Assembly (NCBI GenBank): GCA_051294375.1
Contig: CM119265.1
Coordinates: 25,947,057 to 26,011,056, forward strand
Direction of reading: 5' to 3'
DNA: 64,000 nucleotides
Source: Paraspadella gotoi
Taxonomy: Eukaryota > Animalia > Chaetognatha
Positions 17,601 through 30,200 of the stretch are shown one piece after another. Made by a program: the position numbers and the translations under genes. The stretch's first letter is position 1. Each line of letters starts with the position of its first letter. Below the pieces are notes generated by a model. It was not told the origin of the DNA and did no database searches. It worked only from the letters and a program-made list of their open reading frames with translations.

Positions 17601-20600
17601 GCAAGACTCATGTTGCTTAATTCTTGTGCATTTGTTTTTGAAATAAATAAAGCACTTTCAAAGCGTTGAATTGATAATTCAATATATCGTGGAGAAGGTT
17701 TTTTTATTCTCTTCTGCATGTAAGCAAACATTTTTCTATGTTCTACCAAAAGCTTCTTTCCAATAGACGATTTTTGTTTTTCCAAACCAATTTTTCCCTT
17801 TAACATTCGAAAATCAGATGCAAGATTGACTGTTTGAAAAAACTTTAAACTAAATCTAAACTACTTCTATTACCGTGAGATATGCGAGCGATATTACTAA
17901 ATACCGTTTTATATCGATCGAAAATAAATCGAAAATCTCCCAAATTCTTTTTCTCCTAGACATTAAGGCGGGCCAAAATTGAACACTTTTTTAACATCTC
18001 GTTCTCTTAAAATTTTTTTTTCCTTCTGCTTTTAAATCGATTTTCAATTCAACTTTTTAAATTAGTTGAGGCTTTTAAATATTTATTAATAATAATATAT
18101 AACAATGACAAATTAATTTGTTTTAGTTTTATATTTTAAGAACGGTTTCTTATAAAGCTTAAAATGTTAAATAAAAGTTAGTACTATAATTTTTTTAAAT
18201 TTTTATAATAAATTACTTAAAAATAGACAAAACTTCATCATTGACTGAAATTTATAGTTTTTTAAAATTTTTATCAATAAAACAAAAGAAATTTTTAAAA
18301 ATTATAATAATAACCTTTATCATACTTATAAAGCTTTATCAGAATCTATTAAAAAATATAAAAATTAAAATTTTTTAAAACTTTATATAGTAATAAAATA
18401 ATTTTTAAATGCTTCTGTGCGCTTATCTATAATAAATCTTAAAACTATTTTTATTTTTATGTTCTCTAACAGTTACTTTACTATTATCTATTTGAGAAAA
18501 CTTTTAGTTTTCAACTTGTTCCATTCTATAATTTTTTAAAACATTGTTTGCATAATTTAGATGGTAAAAATGTCAATCAGGTCACATAAACGAGCGTGAT
18601 GTGTCATGACATTTAGATTAATAATTTTTAAGTAATATAAAAATATTAATATGGCGTGATGGAACATTATCTTCAAAATACTAAAAACAATTAAAATGTC
18701 CTGAGCAAAGTGAGAATCGCTTACGCGGTTCACGAAATGTGCAAAGTTGAGCGGAACATTAATTATTTAATATTGAAATATTAAAGTTTGCCTTTTCACT
18801 CGCGTCTCTCTTGTAACGGAAACAAACGAAAAACTCCCTTTGATTACTATCTTGGATACCGATACAGTACAAATGATCTTTATTTGGCGCAATAAATAGC
18901 GAAAAAAAAATCAGTTCTGCCGTAACTCGCTCTTTTCATTACATTTCTTACTTTTTTTTTCCGAGTAGTCAGCTAGCCTAAATCCACCAAATATTACAGC
19001 AAACGCTTTCAAGCGATACAATTACCATAAAACGGTATTTTAAAGTTATAATTTTTGGCCAAAATGATGTAAAAATCGACTCAGTAATCTCCTTTTGGTC
19101 TGGCCTAATTTTCCCAGAAAGCCCTATTTATTCTTAAATTCAGAATTAGGTTAATTTTTTAAGTTAAAGATTGGGTTTAAGGTTAAGCTTAGGGATTAGG
19201 TTAAGGGTGAAGCCAGTTATTATGGTTAAGGATTATGTTAGTTATTAGGATTAGGGACTAGGATTTATGGCTAAGGGTTATAGTTATAAATTAGGCAATA
19301 GGGTTTAGGGTTAGGGTTCTGGATTAGGATAGAATTTGAGATTAAGATAAGATATTAAGGTTAGGTTATAATTTGAAGAATATATTTAGGTTAAATACTA
19401 AGGTTAAAATTAAATTCCGGGATAAAGTAACTGAAATAGGGCGCTCTGGGAAAAAGAGAACCCTCCTTTTAACAAATAATACCGAATTCCTTTTTTTTAA
19501 ATGACAAGATCGGTTCATCCAATGTGTTGAGCCGCACTGACTTTAATTTCACGTGTATTTCTCGTGACATGAAATGACATGACGCAACAAGAAATGACTA
19601 CATGATTACAATAATTTTTTTAGCTTATGTATTTTCTAAATTTTTTCTTTTATTCTTAATAGTTTTAGGTTTTCCTGAAGGCGGCGCTAGCAGTCCCTTT
19701 GATTTGAGGTTTTTTCAGTCTTATCAAATGAGCAACTATAGACAAATTATAACGCATTTTTAACATAAGAGGGACACACCGATGGACAGACATACCGACC
19801 GATCGAAAAGCGACTCATAGAGTTGCTCCGCTAGTACTGGCGGCGCAAACTAATTGTGTAATTTGATCACCACCCGCCGCCTTTGGTGCGACTCGGTTTC
19901 TGGCAGAACATCGCGGAGAAAACGGAGAAGAGGAGACCGAAGAGGAAGACGCCCGAGGGGACGATGGCCGGGTGGGCGAAGAAGAAGATGGTCAGGGAAG
20001 AGAACTTGGTAGGTTGAGTCAGAACCACCTTGGGTAAGGAGAGGTGAGGTCATCGATTAAATACCAATTTACGAGTCTATCGAGTGTCTAATTCATAAAT
20101 TTTAAATTCTTTTTTTTTTATTTTGAAAAAATTGTTGGAAAATTATTTTAGCTTTAGAAATAGAAGAAAAAAATTTTTTTTTAAAGATTTTTAAAGTTTT
20201 TTATTAAAAATTAAAAAGGTTTATTAAAATTGAGAGAAAAAGAAATAAAATTAATAAAAAAACTATAATATTTAAAAATTCTAACTTCAGCGTGAGTACA
20301 ATATTTTTTTATATACATTTTTGATATACATAAATCAAACCGAAACTAATTTTGGCTTATTTTTACATTCGCCGACCGGGATTTTGCGCTCGGTTATTTG
20401 TTTTTCGCTTCTTATGTTATGAGCAACATATAGAAATCTCTCTACGGAAAAATAAAAAAAAAGGGTAGAAAACGTTTTATTACAAATTGTATTTCAAAAC
20501 CTCCCCTTACCCTAACTACCCCTAATCCCTAACCACCCCTATCCCTAACCAGTAACCACCCTTAACCCAATTGCTAACCGTTTAAAAATTATAACATTTC

Positions 20601-21154
20601 ATTTCGTTACGTTATTTGTTTGAGGTGGAAAATGAATTGTTTGTTTACATCCGAGTTTTATTAAGAAATATATATTTCGGACATGTTTCGGCTACAATCA
20701 GCGCAAAAACGTATTGATTTGTGAAATAAATATTTTCAAGTTTGAAGAGAGAGAGAGAGTCTGTAAAAATATTTGTTTCACAAATCAATCAACCTGTCCG
20801 AAATTTATGTTTCATTTTCTACCAAAATCATGAAAATAGCAATTAAAATAAATTTAAAACAATTATTATTAATTATAAAATTATAAAATCTGTATTACTG
20901 CACAAAAAAGTGTATATTACTGCGCTGAGACTCGACGCTAGAGGGAAAACAAAATGAAATGGATTAACAAACCACCGACCGCTGGTACCTAAAGTTGGTT
21001 GCGGACGTCGAATAGTAAAGTTACCCCTAATTTTAATGGCTTGTTGATTGCTGTTTTTGATAATGAGAAAAAGGACAATAGACCTTATAATGGGACAGTC
21101 TGCACGAGCCCAGTGACCGTCCACGCTTCTTTTCAGCCAGGCCCGCGGCGTCAC

Positions 21155-21190
<36 letters not shown>

Positions 21191-23856
21191 ACATGACACC
21201 AATGAGGTCAGGATAAATCACGACATCACCTTCGCAAACGTAGCTCCCCTCATGAATCTTAGAGACGTTGCAGATTTGAAGGATGGAGCCGATCCTCCAA
21301 GTCGTCGTCCGCCCGTCGTCAGTCACGCCGTCCTGATTGGATGAGAAGGAGAATGACAAATAGAAACGCTTCAGTGATTAGTGAAGCTAGTAGCAAGTAA
21401 AGTAGCAAGTAAAGCTCGTAGACTTGCAGGGAGGAAGGCCTCAGGCCCCATGCGAACTTAGCCTGTCCAAAGTCAGGATAACTTATTTAAGGAACGACTG
21501 ATTAGTTTTTCCATTGTTTGAACCAATTTCATTAACCGCCCCCTCCACCCCCCCTCCCCTTTTCACCTTGAAACATCTCATGAGGGCGAAGGGGATTTCC
21601 TCAGTGACGTTGGGATTGTTGGCGTTGGCGGCGACGCCTCTCGCGCCGTCGACGCCGCACGCGTAGTAATCGCGCCGCTCCTTCTGCCACGTGATCGTAG
21701 CCGCGCGAAGTTCCGGGAAATAGTCGGCGCGGCAGTCCAGTTGGAACTGCGCCCCCAACTGGCAAAAGGATGTACGAGGATTAAGTGACAGTCCAGTTGG
21801 AACTGCGACTCCAACTCGTAATCAATGATGGTATTAGGATGGCAGGTGGCAAGTGATGTCAAACGGGCAAGTAGCAGTTATATGGACCTGCCAGCCAAGT
21901 AGGGAATCGATTGCTCTTGCAGCTTCACCTTGGTCTTGATCTCGTGCTCGTGTTCCAAGAGATTGTCCACCAACTCCGACTTGACGTCCTCCGGATCCTT
22001 GCAGTTCCTCTCTACGTCGCCGCCAGAGGTCGTCGCCGTCAAAATGGCGACGATCAAGATGGCGGCGATTCGGGCGACGGAGCCACCCTGGGAGTTGCGA
22101 GGCCCAAAAATGAGGAAGAAATACAACTAAAGTCTTGAGCTTATTTTCTCTCGTTTTTAGGTTAGGTATTAGGTTAAGCTTTCGGTTAGTAATGAGGGTT
22201 AGGTTTAACGGTTAGGGGTTACGGGTTAGTGTTTGATATAAGGAATTAGAGTTTAAGGTTCGATAAAGGACTAGGCTAGGGTTAAGGATTAGTCCAGGAA
22301 TTAAAAAAAACAGAAATGTGGCGATTATGAAAAAGAGAAAAGACTTTTTGATAGGACAGTCGGTAAATCTGTAAAATTACTTAGAAATGTTTGTAAATTA
22401 ATACAGGAACATTGAATAAAAGAATTAATAAAAATAACAATTTTTATTTTACCTCGTGGAAGGGCGAGGGTGGCGCCCGTCGTCTCATGTTATGTTTTTT
22501 TTTTAGTTTTCTTTTTTTTCTTTTTGCTTTGGTTTCCGGAGATGGAACGCGCGATCCGGGTCGTGAGTCAGAGGTGAAGGGGGGAAGGGACGAGACCAGG
22601 TCGGGGGTGGGGGCGAGAGGGAGAAAGGGGTTGTGGGGTTGAGAATTAGGGTCGAGGGGGGGAGGGTTTTGTGGTGGATGGGGCGGCGATCCTCGGTGGT
22701 AGAAAGGAGACTCGGTCACGTACGTACGGGCGGCGTGTAAACGGGTGAGTGCAAACGACGTGCGAACGGCTGCGTGCAAACGTGGCTCGCACGAGAAGAC
22801 GTAGTTAAATATTATTTAAAAATTAATTTAAAAGATCAGAAATTGAAGCTAGAAAACTAAACCAGGAGAACAGGTAAATTTTTTTTCTCGCTTTTGTTTG
22901 TTTATTTTTTTCTTCGTCCAAAAAATCGATTTTTTTTTCATCCGCGGGAAAAAGTGACAGGGAAGAGAGAGAGAGAGAGAGAAAGAGAGAGTCAACTTTA
23001 ATTCCAACTCCGAAAAAAGCAACAACGTCGATGAAAGGCAAACGCTAAAAATGCTCAGGTGAACTGGGAAGAAAAGGAGACCGAGTGATTGATTCCTCGC
23101 TTCAAGTTGTTATGGTTTCCTCTCATCCAAGTTTATATTAATTTTCAATTGTTTTATTTATCCCTTTGGGCACTCGTTTCGTTAGCTTTTCGTTTTGTTT
23201 CGTAGCGATTTGATGAATTAATTTGGTTTAGTTTCGTTTTATAGTATATAAACTATATATACTAAAATTTCGATTACCGTTTTCTCTTCCATATTCAGAC
23301 TGTGATCAAGAAAGGCACGGGTCATGAGTGTCGTTGTCGTTTTGTTTCCTAGTCAATGTTTCGTTTTGAGGCGAGAAAACAAAACGAAGAATCTCAAAAA
23401 AAAAAAAGAAAAAAGCTGAAGAAAAGAAGGAAGAAGCGAAGGTGAGTGAAGGCGGGCGAAGTTTAGACGATAAATGTTTACCTGAAATGGAGAAAGGTAA
23501 TCATTTTTATTAACTAAAATAGGCTATAAATATGTAATAAAACGTTCGCGAATTTCCCGTATCTCTGGTAGGACTCTTTGAAGACGGGTTATAATGATAA
23601 AAATCGGTGATGACACTAATGAGTGATGACTGATGCCACAGTTGACAACCGTAAAATCAGATTTGATAAATTTTTTTTGACGAAAAAAGAAAGTATTGAC
23701 TGCTGATTATCTGTCGGGTGGATAACATGCATGTAAGGCAAAAAAATATAAATATATTGTCCACCTCGAATTACAACAGAATACAAAAAGTGTCTGATAA
23801 GTCATGTTACTACTACTATTTCTAATCTCTCCTTCTCTCGGTCTCTTTCTTCTTCT

Positions 23857-23925
<69 letters not shown>

Positions 23926-25361
23926 CTCTCCACTCGTACTACAATCGCATCGCTGCTTTTTCTCTTCTCCCTCATTCTGGTGCGGTGCAATTGAAGAGAA
24001 CAAATACATCCACAAGGCTGCAACCCCAAGCGTTCCAAAGCACTTGTACCAATCTACTATTTATTAAATCTGACAGTCAAGAACCCTCGCACTCGAAATT
24101 TTCAAAGAAGAGAAGAAAAATGAAGATCCGACGCCAACTGAAACAATAAGAAACATGCAATGCCGTTGCCGACCTTTTAAATATAACCATCTGAAAAAAA
24201 AGGGACTACGACGACGACGACGACGACGACGACGCATCCTTGGCGGGCGACGATGACGAAGAGATCGATTGATACTTAGTTAACAATTGATAGCAATAAA
24301 TTGACAATTGATAGCAANNNNNNNNNNNNNNNNNNNNNNNNNNNNNNNNNNNNNNNNNNNNNNNNNNNNNNNNNNNNNNNNNNNNNNNNNNNNNNNNNNN
24401 NNNNNNNNNNNNNNNNNNNNNNNNNNNNNNNNNNNNNNNNNNNNNNNNNNNNNNNNNNNNNNNNNNNNNNNNNNNNNNNNNNNNNNNNNNNNNNNNNNNN
24501 NNNNNNNNNNNNNNNNNNNNNNNNNNNNNNNNNNNNNNNNNNNNNNNNNNNNNNNNNNNNNNNNNNNNNNNNNNNNNNNNNNNNNNNNNNNNNNNNNNNN
24601 NNNNNNNNNNNNNNNNNNNNNNNNNNNNNNNNNNNNNNNNNNNNNNNNNNNNNNNNNNNNNNNNNNNNNNNNNNNNNNNNNNNNNNNNNNNNNNNNNNNN
24701 NNNNNNNNNNNNNNNNNNNNNNNNNNNNNNNNNNNNNNNNNNNNNNNNNNNNNNNNNNNNNNNNNNNNNNNNNNNNNNNCAATTATTAAGCTAATATTTA
24801 ATAATTATAAAAACGGTAGATAAATCAAAACTGTTCTAAGAAAAATAAGATGTCTGTCAATGAAAAAATTATGATTTTTAGGTGATTTGTATATTTTTTT
24901 AAAACTAATTTATAAGTACATCATTTAAAACTAAAAAAAAAACTGAAAAAAATGACTATACATTGTACAATGCCCCATACCCAATTAGTCTTTTCCCACC
25001 CAGGCGACAGCGTGACTTAAAAGCGAATCTGAAAGATAACGAAGACTCGCGAAAGAAAAAGAAAAAAAAAAGGAAANNNNNNNNNNNNNNNNNNNNNNNN
25101 NNNNNNNNNNNNNNNNNNNNNNNNNNNNNNNNNNNNNNNNNNNNNNNNNNNNNNNNNNNNNNNNNNNNNNNNNNNNNNNNNNNNNNNNNNNNNNNNNNNN
25201 NNNNNNNNNNNNNNNNNNNNNNNNNNNNNNNNNNNNNNNNNNNNNNNNNNNNNNNNNNNNNNNNNNNNNNNNNNNNNNNNNNNNNNNNNNNNNNNNNNNN
25301 NNNNNNNNNNNNNNNNNNNNNNNNNNNNNNNNNNNNNNNNNNNNNNNNNNNNNNNNNNNNN

Positions 25362-25393
<32 letters not shown>

Positions 25394-26342
25394 GACTAAT
25401 GAGTAGAGGTCTAAGACCTGGAGTTATCGGCTACGTAGGCAATAATGGAAGCTTTGGTTTTATTTTGCAGATTCGCTTCTATCTACCGTTTTTATCGTTT
25501 TTTAGTCGGATCTTCTAATCCGCAGATTCCGACTCTATAATTCACATTGTCGGTCTGTTAATCAATTAATTAATAAATAATTAATCGGACAATTAATCAA
25601 TCTATTAATTATTCAATCAATCTATTTATTTAGTTATCTATAAATTAATTATTCAATCAATCAATTTATTTATAAATTAATTATTTAATCATTTAATCAA
25701 TCAATCAAGTCAATCGTTATCGGCATTATTGTCGTTGTCGCCATCATCGTCGTTTTTGCTTTTATCGTGGTAAGTGACGAAAAGATCTAAAAACAAACAT
25801 TTCAGACCAAATTAATTAATTTATTAATTAAATTATTATTTTAGTTTATATAGATTGTATTAATTAATAAATAATGATCGTGGGCAGATCCGACATCGTT
25901 TGCTCAATCTTGTTCTTTTAAAAAAAATTAAAATTTTAAAATATAATTAAAATTCTTTCAGGATATATAACTGAAAATATTATATATATAAATCTAATAT
26001 ATACATTTTTTTGGAGCGCGCAATGGTCATCGCGCTAAAGTCTACACAGTAACGGTAAACAGGCGATGGTCAGGTTGAAAAGAGGCGCGAATAAGTCAAT
26101 GTAAAAAAAAAGCAACGAAAACTTTTTTTCTTTAAATTATAAAATAAAGGCGTCCGTCCGTCTTCCTTCTCNNNNNNNNNNNNNNNNNNNNNNNNNTTGT
26201 TTATTGGGTTTGTTTTGCTTTCTTTTTCATAAAAACGATGAAGTTTCTCAAACTCGTTTGTATTTCGGGGTTTGTTGCATGATAAGTCGTTAACACGAGA
26301 GGGTAGGATGTGAGAGACGAGAGGAAGAGATGAGAGGAGAGC

Positions 26343-26388
<46 letters not shown>

Positions 26389-27186
26389 AAGAGAGAGAGA
26401 GAGAAGAGAGAGAAAGGAGAGAGAGAGAGAGAGAGAGAGAACTCTGCGAAAACACTCACAAAAGTGATAGAGGCTCTGAGAATGGGAGAAAAAAAAACTT
26501 TCTAGGCTGCGAAACTTACTTTCCTTTAAAAACTTAATTCCTTGAGACAGCAAAAAAATAATAACGACATTTACAATACAACATTATTTGAGGTATTGGG
26601 TTTATTTCTTTTTTCTACGACTATACAATAGACAATAAGAAATGATGTACATGTGAGTGAGATCTTCGGTTAAAAAAAAGTAATAAATAAAAAATTAATG
26701 TGAGGGATTTACATGTGATATGACGGGAAAAGAATGGGAAGAGATTTAAAAAAGTCTGTAGAATGAAAAGAAAAAATGCAATAGATGAATACACACCACA
26801 AGTGGAAATTAAAAAAAGTATCTATAACCGGGGGGGGAAAATATAACGAACTTAATTAGAAAAGGCTAATTCTGTTGATAGATTGATAATTAGTATTTTT
26901 GGGTGAATATTACTTGGTATCAAGAATTAAGTAACATATTAACCATGGCAACTTGGTTTATTTTTTGATTTGATACAAATACCTTTTCTTTCAATAACTT
27001 AAAAGTTTTGAGTAGCGATGAGAGAATAGAAAAAATGTGACAGGAATTTTGTTGTGTCTTATTAATATATTATTCTATAATTAAAGATGAGCACTGTCAC
27101 GAAAAACGTGTTGAGTAAAACGAATAAGGAATCACTGCGAAACTAGAAGGATAAAGCGCGAGGAGAGAGAGAGGCAACGATTGGAG

Positions 27187-27234
<48 letters not shown>

Positions 27235-30200
27235 AGAGAAGATGAGAGAGGTCCCTATTATGGCAGAGAGTATAGTATGAAAAATAATAGAAAAACTATG
27301 TTTGACACCTGAGAAATACAAAAATACGTCTGAAGGATCTAAAAACTATTGGGAAATCTGTTTCATACAAAAGTTGTCATAGCTTGTCGTTATATGAGTG
27401 AGCAAAATGAATAAATAGACTATACTCTTGCTCTTTGCGCCTGACTGTTCGCGATTAGAGAGAGGCTCAAGCGAATGAAAAACTATTACAAAAGCTCTTG
27501 TTAATATAAAACGAGTGAAACATATAATTTGGGAAAAGAGAATAAGAACAGAAAAACAAAAGTTGTGGCCGTGAACTATGGATAAAATATTTTTGTAAAT
27601 ATAAACCTAAAGAATGGAAAATACTAGTTTTAGATATGTATTTATAAACCTTTTTTCATTATTTTCTTCTCTCTGGAGAGAGAGAGAGAAAGGGCGATAT
27701 TTTAATCTTTTTTTACGAGCGAAAAAACACGAAGAGACACAAGGCAATATGGTGAGGAAAATTCTATATATAAGGTAAAAATAAAAAATTATACAATTGC
27801 TGGTTGCGTCGAGTCAAAATAGCGCATATAAAGAGAAAAATAATGAGATAGTTTGAAAGTGAAAAGAACGTGAAGTACACTTTGACAGACTAGTCCAATA
27901 GTATGGCCTTTTGAGATACCATACATACATACATTGATACATAGTTTAGCAAATAACTGAGTAGAACTTTGACTGACCTGATCCCTTTAGAGCTTTATTT
28001 GAACATAACGAAGATCTTAGTCGTCATACTCAAAAACTTGTACTTTCCAGATTTTTCTCAAGCTTCAAGTTTTTAAAAATACACTTGTTGAAGATCCAAT
28101 TATTCCTTTGAGGAATATAGAATATATCATTTCTCGACAACATTAACACTTTCGGTCTTTATAAGTTTCATATTTTTTATTAATCAGATGAAATATATTT
28201 GCAATAAAAAAAAAAAAATTCTTAAGAAACTGGTATACAAATTAATAGCTTGATTCCGATGGAGTTTAGGCTTGGTAAAGGATAGCTTGGTTTCGTAGGC
28301 GCGAGATACACATTTTGCTATGAGAAAAATTACTGGCACCAGAATTCATTTGTTATTTACTGCAATTAATAGAAGTTCACTGAATCTTAAGGGTTCATAT
28401 AGTTTCTGTGTCCGGGTCAATTTATTTCACCGAAGGTTAATACTAATTGGAGAGGAATGGTCGGGAAGGAAGAGAGAGAGAAAGTAGAGAGAGTAGCAGA
28501 GATGAGAGCAGAGTAGAAGGAGAGTATTGAGAGAGAGAGACGAGCAGAGAGAGAGAGAAAGTACTCTAATAAGGGGAGAAGAGTGAAGTAGAAAAATTAA
28601 ATTATCCTGATAGGTCCGAAAATTGAGCCCCATTACATAATTAATATATATAATATATTGCGCACAATTTATTTTAGGTTTTGTATTTAGTTCGTGCTGA
28701 GAGAGAGGAATAGAGACGAGATCCCAAAATACACGGGGATAAAAAAGTATAGAGAAAAAAAAAGTAAAGTTGATGTACAGTAAAGCACAGAAGTATTTGT
28801 ATTTAGAATTATTTAAAGCGCTGATAAGGTTATTCGGCGGTAAATGAGCGAATTTCAAAATTCTTATTTTTAATATTTTGGGGTCTCTCGTGAACTATTA
28901 GCCTGACGTTCAATAAAAAAGTTTGTTTGTTTCATTTCTTTTATTAGAAATTAAACAAATATAAATGTTTTTTGTTTTTCGCTTGGCGCGTCAGTCCGTC
29001 GCGATACGATTGAGGCTTATGTGTGAGAAGGAGAGACCTATAGTCATTAAACTTGAGCCCTTAACTGTTACTTTGTCGATTAAACAAAAATAAATAAAGA
29101 ATTAATAAATACGGGCGGATTGTCCAGGAAAATGATAAAAAGAGAAAAAACCTCTACAAAAAGTTTTAGTAGCTATTAACGTAAAATAATAATATATAAC
29201 AAAAATAAAGAAAAAAAATACTATTGCGTATTTCTTTTTTTGTTTAAATATGAAATAACCGGGATGGTCAGATAAATGGAACCGAGCGGGACGGACGACG
29301 CGCACCTGCGCGCTCGTTAAGGTCTGAAGGTCGAAGGTCGATGGTGGGGCAGAATTCGCAATGTCAACTCCTAATTTTTTTCTTCTTTTTAATTTTTATT
29401 GATGGAAATTAAAGGTGAAGGAAAATAAATTGAGAATTAAATATGTATTTCCTGGTTTTTCTCATGTTTTCGCTGTATTTTGAAGTCCTTTATTTTTTCA
29501 ACTGCAAGTTTTGTCGTTATGTTTTTTTATCATATGTGGATTTACTCGTTTCGTTTTTATATCCTGGTAGCGACAATGACGCCGGAAGAACGCCACCGAG
29601 CCGAGCCATCGACGAACAAGCGCAACGAACGACCGCCGACTCTATTCTGACCAGAAGCCGACGTCAAGGGGCGTGCATCTGTCGCAGAACTCGGACGCCG
29701 GCCGCTTTGCACTTGGAACGGGGAACAGCGCCCACATCGCGAAAGTACGAGTAACGGTGTCGAGATTGAATCTCTCTCTCGTCAGGTGGACCAGCACCTG
29801 ATAGAAAGGAGAGTACGGGGGTGAGAAAAAGAAGGGAGAGAGATTGGTATGTACGGGGGGGAGAGAGATGGGGGGTGTGGGAGTATATTAATTATTATTA
29901 TTATGATTATCTCAATGATTATATTATTATTATTATTATTGTATAACATTATATATTTATTCCGAGACATAATAAATTTCATATAAATGGCAGCTGAAAA
30001 ATTTAACAATCTTCTCAAGATGACTGTTATTATAATGTACTCTTTACATCTTTATTATCTTTTTATTCTCAAGCCGGAGGTACTCAGAGAACGGTGCTGA
30101 TAAATGCGGGCAACGCGGAGATCAATATTTAATGAAAACGGAAGGAGCACGAAGGATTCTCTTTAACTGAATGTTCGATCTCGAATATATAGCAAAACGG

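Noticed and set aside
17549-17806. 85-aa Lys-rich minus ORF, possible transposase fragment
   Set aside because: No diagnostic motif or splice context recognisable by eye.
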